A stretch of DNA of 64,000 bases from Candidatus Heimdallarchaeota archaeon (GTDB taxonomy: Archaea > Asgardarchaeota > Heimdallarchaeia > Heimdallarchaeales > Heimdallarchaeaceae). How positions within the stretch are numbered: position 1 is the first letter of the stretch; each line of letters starts with the position of its first letter. Made by a program: the position numbers and the translations under genes. Below the pieces are notes generated by a model. That model was not told the origin of the DNA, ran no database searches, and worked only from the letters and a program-made list of their open reading frames with translations. Location: contig JABCTC010000002.1 in the NCBI GenBank assembly GCA_018238545.1, positions 1 to 64,000 on the forward strand, written 5' to 3'. Positions 57,524-64,000 of this stretch are shown here, piece by piece.

Positions 57524-58132
57524 TTATAGATGTTTTTCTATTAATTTCTTGTCGTGCTCTGATATATATTCCTCATCTAATTCCAAACACAGTTTGAAAA
57601 TTTCATTTATTTTAATGAAGGAATGAAGTTTGATATTTAGCTCTACTAATTCCTCTAGATTGCTTTGACTTCGATCAATAAGTACAATCAGATTATTGAC
57701 GACAAAATTATTATCTCTTAACGCTAAAATTCCAGGTATCTTACTACTACCTGTTGTTATCAGATCGTCTATGAGTACAACACTTGAGGCAGATGGAATG
57801 CTTCCTTCAACTATTTTCTTCAATCCATGTTCTTTTGCTTGAGGTCTAACAATAATCGAGGGGATACCTAGTTTATACCCAGCAACTGCAGAAAAAGGAA
57901 TTCCCGCGACAGCAACTCCCGCTAGAGCATCAACATCATGTATGCTCTTGATTATATCAATATAGCAATCAATTACGAATTCGAAGGTTTCTGGGTATGA
58001 AGAAATCAATCTCAAATCTATATAAAACCAAGATTTCTTTCCTGATTTTAGTGTGAAATCACCATATTTCAAAATATTATTCTTCAAGAGAAGTTCAGTT
58101 AGTTTTCTTTTCTTAATTTCCATCATATGCAC
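57524..58132 (-). CDS. pyrE: Orotate phosphoribosyltransferase.
   Basis: PRPP-binding VLIDDLITTGSS; ~200 aa; adjacent to pyrF. Confidence 0.6.
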   Translation of the reverse strand: MHMMEIKKRKLTELLLKNNILKYGDFTLKSGKKSWFYIDLRLISSYPETFEFVIDCYIDIIKSIHDVDALAGVAVAGIPFSAVAGYKLGIPSIIVRPQAKEHGLKKIVEGSIPSASSVVLIDDLITTGSSKIPGILALRDNNFVVNNLIVLIDRSQSNLEELVELNIKLHSFIKINEIFKLCLELDEEYISEHDKKLIEKHL

Positions 58133-58135
58133 CCT

Positions 58136-59653
58136 TTATTCGTATTCTATTGTTCCAGGAGGTTTTGATGTTATGTCATATAGAACTCTATTGATGCCTG
58201 GAACCTTGTTTATTAGTTGATTAGATATCTCTTCTAACACTTCATAAGGTAGTTTGCTCCAATCAGCTGTCATTGCGTCAAGTGATTCCACTGCACGAAT
58301 AGCAAGCATGTATTCATACGTTCTTTTATCTCCCATAACACCAACTGATTTTATAGGAATTAGGGCTGGAAACACTTGCCAAAGAGAATCATACAATCCA
58401 TTTTCCTCTATTATTTGATGAACTACCACATCTGCTTTTTTTAAGATGTCAAGGCGCTCTTTTGTTATATCACCTAAAATCCTGATAGCTAATCCTGGTC
58501 CAGGGAAAGGATGTCGGTTAATGAATTTTTTCGGTATATCCAACATCTTGCCTATTTTTCTAACTTCATCCTTATAAAGATCATTAAGTGGTTCTACAAG
58601 TTTAAGAAGCATTTTTTCAGGAAGGCCTCCCACATTATGATGTGTTTTGATAACGTTTGCATGGTGACTAGGTTGGGCACTCTCAATTCTATCAGGATAA
58701 ATGGTGCCTTGTCCGAGGAAATCAAATTTTCCAATTTTATTGGCATTTTCCTCAAAAATCTCTATGAACAGATTTCCAATTATTTTACGTTTCTGTTCAG
58801 GATCTTTAACTCCCTTAAGAGCTTCAACAAATCTCTCTTCTTCGTTCACGGCAACGAAATTACTTACACCTAAATTGGAGAATATTGCTTTGACTTCTTC
58901 TGTATCATAATCTCTCATTAAACCAGTATCAACATAAATGAAGTGAGCATCAATACCTGCTCTAGCAAGCATAACAGCTGCTACAGTGCTATCAACCCCA
59001 CCGCTTACCCCCATTATTACTTTCTTGTCCCCCACAGTAGTTTTAATCTCATCTAACTTTTCTTCTACCCATCCTTCTAATTTCCATTCACTTTTGCAAT
59101 TAACAATTTTAAGAAAATTGTCTAGAATTTTATCCCCATTGGGTGTGTGAATAACTTCAGGATGAAACTGAACTCCAAAGATTTTCTTCTCGAGATTTTG
59201 ATAAGCAGCTATATTACAAATATCTGTGCTACCGATAGTTTCAAACCCTTCAGGTAAGGTTTTAACTTCATCAAAGTGAGACATCCAAGCTCTTTCTTCT
59301 TCCTCTAATCCCTCAAAAAGCGGTGATGATAAATTAAGTTTAACCATTTTTCTCCCATATTCTCTCTCTTCCCCAATATTTACCTCTCCTCCTAATGTTT
59401 GAATTATCATTTGATGCCCATAACATATTCCTAGAACTGGAACTTTTACATCATCAAAAAAATTGTCTTGTAACTTGGGTGATTCTTCTCTATACACATC
59501 ACCTGGACCACCCGATAAAATAAACCCATTATATTCGTCTGAAGGCTCATAAATTATCTCTGCATAAACTCCTAAATCTCGAATCCTTCTAGCAATTAAA
59601 TGACAGTACTGCCCACCAAAATCAAATATACCAATTTTATCCATTTTATTCAT
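58136..59653 (-). CDS. guaA: GMP synthase (glutamine-hydrolysing), fused GATase plus ATP-pyrophosphatase.
   Basis: GATase triad region (GICYGHQ); PP-loop SGGVDS; C-terminal ...GTIEYE. Confidence 0.85.
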   Translation of the reverse strand: MNKMDKIGIFDFGGQYCHLIARRIRDLGVYAEIIYEPSDEYNGFILSGGPGDVYREESPKLQDNFFDDVKVPVLGICYGHQMIIQTLGGEVNIGEEREYGRKMVKLNLSSPLFEGLEEEERAWMSHFDEVKTLPEGFETIGSTDICNIAAYQNLEKKIFGVQFHPEVIHTPNGDKILDNFLKIVNCKSEWKLEGWVEEKLDEIKTTVGDKKVIMGVSGGVDSTVAAVMLARAGIDAHFIYVDTGLMRDYDTEEVKAIFSNLGVSNFVAVNEEERFVEALKGVKDPEQKRKIIGNLFIEIFEENANKIGKFDFLGQGTIYPDRIESAQPSHHANVIKTHHNVGGLPEKMLLKLVEPLNDLYKDEVRKIGKMLDIPKKFINRHPFPGPGLAIRILGDITKERLDILKKADVVVHQIIEENGLYDSLWQVFPALIPIKSVGVMGDKRTYEYMLAIRAVESLDAMTADWSKLPYEVLEEISNQLINKVPGINRVLYDITSKPPGTIEYE

Positions 59654-59665
59654 GTCCTAAATTAT

Positions 59666-60670
59666 CTAAGTTAAGAGTTCCTTTAATCTTCTTTGTCTCA
59701 TTGCTTGTTTTATCTCTCTACATATTCTTCGCGCCATACTCATTTCTTCATCAAATAGAAAACGTGAATATGGAGATCCGCTAACATAAAGAGTTGTTCC
59801 AGCAACTATCCTGCTTGTAAATTCAAAAGCAACAATTTCTTCTGGAGTAATGGCTAATTCTATGCAGAAAGGTCCTAGTAAACCAGGTGGGAATAATTTT
59901 TCTGCTGCTTCAACTAGTCTGTCTCCAAAGTCAAGTAATTCAGGAACTAATGATTCTCTAGCTATAAGAGGTTGATTGCCAACTACTTTGTAGCTAGGAT
60001 TTATTTTAAAATTGTTTTGCGATAATCTTCCTAAAGCATCCACATTTGTTTCATATCTCCTGTCAATTCCAAGCATCTCTACTCTATCTAGAATAATAGA
60101 ATGGAAATAATGCGGATACATTGTAACGCCAGTGATATATTCTTGAATCTGTGCTGCTTTGGCATCATCTTCAGAGATTGATCCAGCTGAAAGTAGTTCA
60201 ATTATTCTTTGTTCGTATTCGGATTGAGAAGAACAAAGGAAATAACCCAATCCTCCTTTTGCACCTGGAAACTTGACAATTGTTAGCCCATCAATTTCAT
60301 CTGAACTATATGATTTTGGAGTTCTAATATTAGCTTCCTGTAATAACTGATGATTTTTGTCTCTTACCCTCTCCCAGTGCATCCCTTCTTTGTTTCCGAA
60401 AACAGGAATCTGAATGTCAAGAGCTCTTTTTCCAAGAGTTGCAATAAGAGTCCCATGGGGTACAAAAATTTCATTCATTGAAGGTTCTTGAGTTAGCAAA
60501 TCTTCATAAGAATCTAGCGTTACAATTTCCTGTGCCACAGGATATCTGTTGTACAAATCTTCTTTCCCTTTAACACAATAGACCTTTGTATTGAACCCTT
60601 CCTGTTTTGCTCCATAAAGTATTTGGAGGGCAGAATGACTACCAATTGTTGAAATTATCAATATACTCAA
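59666..60670 (-). CDS. purP: 5-formaminoimidazole-4-carboxamide ribonucleotide (FAICAR) synthetase PurP, paralog A.
   Basis: IGSHSALQIL...; VKFPGAKGGLGYF; GIDRRYETN; GPFCIEL. This is the archaeal ATP-grasp PurP/DUF1297 family. Confidence 0.7.
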   Translation of the reverse strand: MSILIISTIGSHSALQILYGAKQEGFNTKVYCVKGKEDLYNRYPVAQEIVTLDSYEDLLTQEPSMNEIFVPHGTLIATLGKRALDIQIPVFGNKEGMHWERVRDKNHQLLQEANIRTPKSYSSDEIDGLTIVKFPGAKGGLGYFLCSSQSEYEQRIIELLSAGSISEDDAKAAQIQEYITGVTMYPHYFHSIILDRVEMLGIDRRYETNVDALGRLSQNNFKINPSYKVVGNQPLIARESLVPELLDFGDRLVEAAEKLFPPGLLGPFCIELAITPEEIVAFEFTSRIVAGTTLYVSGSPYSRFLFDEEMSMARRICREIKQAMRQRRLKELLT

Positions 60671-60881
60671 GGAAACGCGAAATTAATCACTTTTTAATTT
60701 TTTAGTTTGATGTATATTCCTATGTTGTTCAGATATGTTGTGAAATTGTGTTATAGCAAGGTTTAATGAAAGACCAAGTGTTTAACTGATGCAAATGACG
60801 TTTGCAAATCCATGTAAAATGTGCTTCTTGTTTCATTATATGAGATAAAGTTGAACAAAGGCGTTGTTTAGGTTAATTTTT

Positions 60882-61976
60882 CTATGTCAAGATATATTTC
60901 AATCTATTTTGTTCTATTGCTTTCTTTATCTCCATGCTCACTCTTTTTCCTGAAGAAGTTGGTTGTCCCCAATAAACTGCCGAATATTGACTACCAATTC
61001 CCATAAAACTATTTGTTCCTCCACCCATTCTTGTGGATACATCAAAGACGATAAATTCATAATCTTTAGTAATCATCGTTTGTAAGGCAAACGGCCCTAT
61101 CATCCCTGGAGGATACAGATGCTTTGTTGCTTCAACAAAACGGTCACTCATGGGGTAAACATGTCTTAACATTGATTCTCTTAAGGTAACAGCATAGTTT
61201 CCAATTTCTTTCATTTCTTCATCGAATCCCAGCTTGATTTGCTGATTAGCTGGTAGTCTTACAATTCCATCCAAGTCAGTAACAAATCTTCTGTCTATGC
61301 CTAATAATTCTGATCTTTTGAATAATGGAGAATAGAAGAAGTTAAAATTGAAAGTAACTCCAGAAATGAATTCTTCAATAGATGCCTCGTGTAAATCTTC
61401 TTCAAGAATTGTTCCATTTTCTATTCGTTTTTCCAGTTCTTCCTCAAAATCCTCACGATTCTTAGCAACAAAGAATCCTCTCTCTACTCTCTGTTTTGCA
61501 TGATGAATCTTACATATGACAGGTCCATCGATTTCTTTAGCATTCTTGTAAACTTTTGGGTATCGAATGTTAGCTTCTTCAAGTATTCTGTAGTAGTTGT
61601 GAAATCCTGTTCTCTCTTCAGTCTTCAATAATTCCCGACTACCAAAAATAGGTACTTTGAATTCTTTTTCGATTCTATTGAATCCACAATAAACAACAAA
61701 GGATCTGTTAGGAATAAAGATACAACTCTTCTCGATTAATTGTTCTTGAATATCAAAAATATCTGAAAAATTGTCAACTACAATCATGTCATCAATAATT
61801 CGCGTATATCTATTGTAGGGTTCTTCTCTCCCCTTTTCTATAATAACAGCTGTTTTGAATCCGACTCGTTTAGCTCCATCTAGAACATCTAAAGCCGAAT
61901 GTGACCCTATTACTCCAATAGTTATTTCTTCTTGATTGTAGTTGTTTAATACATCTGTAATCATTTTATCACCCAA
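60882..61976 (-). CDS. purP: FAICAR synthetase PurP, paralog B.
   Basis: IGSHSALDVL...; GIDRRFVTD; GPFALQ. It shares the PurP signature blocks with paralog A. Confidence 0.7.
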   Translation of the reverse strand: MGDKMITDVLNNYNQEEITIGVIGSHSALDVLDGAKRVGFKTAVIIEKGREEPYNRYTRIIDDMIVVDNFSDIFDIQEQLIEKSCIFIPNRSFVVYCGFNRIEKEFKVPIFGSRELLKTEERTGFHNYYRILEEANIRYPKVYKNAKEIDGPVICKIHHAKQRVERGFFVAKNREDFEEELEKRIENGTILEEDLHEASIEEFISGVTFNFNFFYSPLFKRSELLGIDRRFVTDLDGIVRLPANQQIKLGFDEEMKEIGNYAVTLRESMLRHVYPMSDRFVEATKHLYPPGMIGPFALQTMITKDYEFIVFDVSTRMGGGTNSFMGIGSQYSAVYWGQPTSSGKRVSMEIKKAIEQNRLKYILT

Positions 61977-61981
61977 ATCCG

Positions 61982-62761
61982 TTAAGCGTCCTCTGGATAA
62001 GATTTTAACACTTTGAATGGAATTCTATTGAGTTCTGTTATCTTTCCCCAATGCTTTCCAACACCTGTAAGGATTATTACCTTGACTGGAACACCACTTG
62101 AACGACGAACAAGTTCAACTAAGGCTTTTTGAGTCGATCCTGACCTAATTACGTCATCCACAATCAATACTCGTTCATCATGTTTAATAAATTTCTCGGG
62201 AAGATAAATTGTTTCAATTCTTCCAGAAGTCATAGATTGAATGTCCTCAGCTATACATTCGGTTGACCCCAAAGGTTTTTTCCTACGGGCATAAACACAA
62301 TCTATGTTAAGTAGATGTGCTAGTGTCATTGCAACAGGTATTCCATCCACTTCAGCTGTAATTATCTTATCAACATCTCTTGGGATAATACCTTGTTGAA
62401 TGGCTAAAAATAGAATAGCTTTCAGTGTTTTTGAATCATTCAGTAAGTAAGTATTATTTACAGCTGTATTGCCAAAATTATCTGTCCATTCTCGAATATG
62501 ACTCCCAATTAAATCTTTGATAGTTAAACCTAAATCTTTGTTTTCTATCAATACCTTGAGAATCTCACTTTTCAATTTTGATTTGGGCAAGGCTTTTCCA
62601 TTAATGTATCGTGATAGATTTGCAATAGATACTTCTACATTTGATTTAGCTAAATAATCTTTCATAGATTCCAATGTATCAAAACCTTTGAAAGCCATTT
62701 TTAGAAGATTAAGAGTCATCAACTTTTCTTGAGCATCAATATAACTTTCCGCAGAACTCAT
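61982..62761 (-). CDS. Phosphoribosyltransferase-domain transcriptional regulator (N-terminal winged-HTH plus type-I PRTase fold; PurR/GfcR-like).
   Basis: C-terminal PRPP-binding loop VLIVDDVIRSGSTQ; N-terminal ~90-aa helical domain; divergent from purC; adjacent to the purP genes. Confidence 0.5.
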   Translation of the reverse strand: MSSAESYIDAQEKLMTLNLLKMAFKGFDTLESMKDYLAKSNVEVSIANLSRYINGKALPKSKLKSEILKVLIENKDLGLTIKDLIGSHIREWTDNFGNTAVNNTYLLNDSKTLKAILFLAIQQGIIPRDVDKIITAEVDGIPVAMTLAHLLNIDCVYARRKKPLGSTECIAEDIQSMTSGRIETIYLPEKFIKHDERVLIVDDVIRSGSTQKALVELVRRSSGVPVKVIILTGVGKHWGKITELNRIPFKVLKSYPEDA

Positions 62762-63054
62762 TGATACAACGTTTTCTTTTCAAGTATTATATTTTTGGTT
62801 TAACACTAGACTTATATTAAAACTGCAGTAAAACTTCGTTGTGTTTTTAAGTAATTTATAAAGACCAATTTGCATTACATTACAAATGACCCTGTCACCC
62901 AGTCTGATTAATCTTCATGGCTATTTTCAAACAATATATATTTTTCACGTGTTCTAACTGCGCTTAGTCGCAATATTTATTAATGCTGTCCTTTATTGGT
63001 TGCAGATACAACTATCTGATAATTTGCAGTATGGTGTAAAATGGGGCATTTGCG

Positions 63055-64000
63055 TTGGTATCGTATTCGGGGAAAGCAAAAGATGTTATAGTACTGAATG
63101 ATGGAGAAGTTCAGATTAATTTTCGAGATTCAATATCTGCTTTTGATGGTGTTAAGAAAGAAGAGTTAGCTGAGAAAGGAATAACTAACTGTCTTACATC
63201 AGTAAAGCTATTTGAAATACTAAATGATTATGGATTTAATACACATTTCATATCGAAAATAAATGATTCACAATTACTTTGTAAGAAAGTAACAATATTG
63301 CCTGTTGAAGTTATATGCAGAAATATAAGCGCTGGAAGTTTTTGCAAAAGATATGGGTTTGAAGAAGGTATTAAGTTCAAACAACCGTTAATCGAGTTTT
63401 TCGTGAAGGATGACGAACACCACGACCCCCTCATAACAGAGTCAGTTGCTGTTCAAATGAAACTCATTACAAAGGATGAAGCAATTTTATTAGAAGCTAT
63501 TACAAGAGCAGTAAATGAAATTTTGCTAAAAATATTTGATTTGATTTCTTTACAACTTGTAGATTTCAAACTAGAATTTGGAAGAACAACTGAAGGTCAA
63601 TTATTACTCGCAGATGAGATTTCTGCAGATACCATGAGATTATGGGAGAAAAAAACAGGGGAGAAGAAAGACAAGGATAGGTATAGGCAAGATCTTGGAG
63701 ATGTTATAGTTCATTATAAAGATATTTTGGAGCGATTAAATTCTATTCAGAAGCTTCCTGAATATAAACCTTTGAGTACAGTTCAGGTGATTATAAAATT
63801 AAGAAAATCTGTTCTTGATCCTGCTGGTGAAGTGATATTTCGTTCTCTTTCCAGAAAAGGATTCAAAAGAATTGAATCAGTGAGATTGGGTAAAAGTGCA
63901 GAGATTGTTTTCAATACAGTACCTTCATCTGATTTACAATCAGAGATAGAAGAGATATCAGAAAAGATCCTTTCTAATCCTATAATTGAGGATTTTGAAT
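63055..64000 (+). CDS. purC: SAICAR synthetase (PurC) fused in frame to a PurS-like C-terminal domain. 3' partial (runs off the window); proposed TTG start.
   Basis: YSGKAKDVIVLNDGEVQINFRDSISAFDG...LLADEISADTMRLW...DKDRYRQDLGDV is PurC. It continues without a stop into VQVIIKLRKSVLDPAGEVIFRSLSRKGF...VRLGKSAEIVFN, which is PurS-like. No in-frame ATG; TTG at 63055 gives MVSYSGKAK. Confidence 0.6.
   Translation, partial: MVSYSGKAKDVIVLNDGEVQINFRDSISAFDGVKKEELAEKGITNCLTSVKLFEILNDYGFNTHFISKINDSQLLCKKVTILPVEVICRNISAGSFCKRYGFEEGIKFKQPLIEFFVKDDEHHDPLITESVAVQMKLITKDEAILLEAITRAVNEILLKIFDLISLQLVDFKLEFGRTTEGQLLLADEISADTMRLWEKKTGEKKDKDRYRQDLGDVIVHYKDILERLNSIQKLPEYKPLSTVQVIIKLRKSVLDPAGEVIFRSLSRKGFKRIESVRLGKSAEIVFNTVPSSDLQSEIEEISEKILSNPIIEDFE

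Noticed and set aside
1-64000. Looked for tRNA/rRNA genes as GC-rich ~75-nt islands in the intergenic regions.
   Set aside because: No cloverleaf-compatible GC-rich segment or rRNA-like conserved block was seen. The only GC-rich stretch (1-400) is protein-coding (fabV-like). tRNAscan or Infernal would be needed to be sure.

Overview
This is a 64-kb AT-rich archaeal chromosomal segment (about 32 % GC). The first ~400 bp are the exception, at ~55 % GC.

Archaeal identity rests on several genes I recognise:
- transcription factor B (TFB)
- RNA polymerase subunit P (RpoP), a short gene missing from the ORF track
- the translation initiation factor aIF1/SUI1
- an archaeal/eukaryotic-type glycyl-tRNA synthetase
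- a type-2 methionine aminopeptidase
- a Get3/ArsA ATPase
- two PurP (FAICAR synthetase) paralogs

The window is mostly core metabolism.
- Pyruvate/2-oxoacid:ferredoxin oxidoreductase, gene order porGDAB.
- An sdhA-sdhB-fumC operon.
- A nucleotide-biosynthesis supercluster, in order: pyrD-pyrK-pyrC-pyrF, pyrE, guaA, purP x2, a PurR-like regulator, then purC(-purS).
- glpK and a class-II CCA/poly(A)-polymerase-family nucleotidyltransferase.

The accessory content is more unusual.
- Two copies of one TnpB-only insertion element lie in inverted orientation. One is full length; the other is internally deleted and is a pseudogene.
- The two copies bracket a Zn-ribbon gene, a Hel308/Ski2-like helicase, the por operon and an HD hydrolase.
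- A flotillin/NfeD pair has NfeD carrying about 15 tandem DHDxS repeats.
- There are three DegV-family paralogs plus two HAD hydrolases.
- One protein combines a B12-like domain, a radical-SAM-like core and a TRAM domain, with an atypical Cys motif.
- Several membrane-anchored exo-enzymes are present (GH-A-like, nucleotide pyrophosphatase, M48 protease, a beta-helix protein, an arylsulfotransferase-like protein).

At the 5' edge, a compositionally foreign GC-rich stretch encodes the N-terminus of a bacterial FabV-type enoyl reductase.

I found no rRNA, tRNA or CRISPR array by eye.
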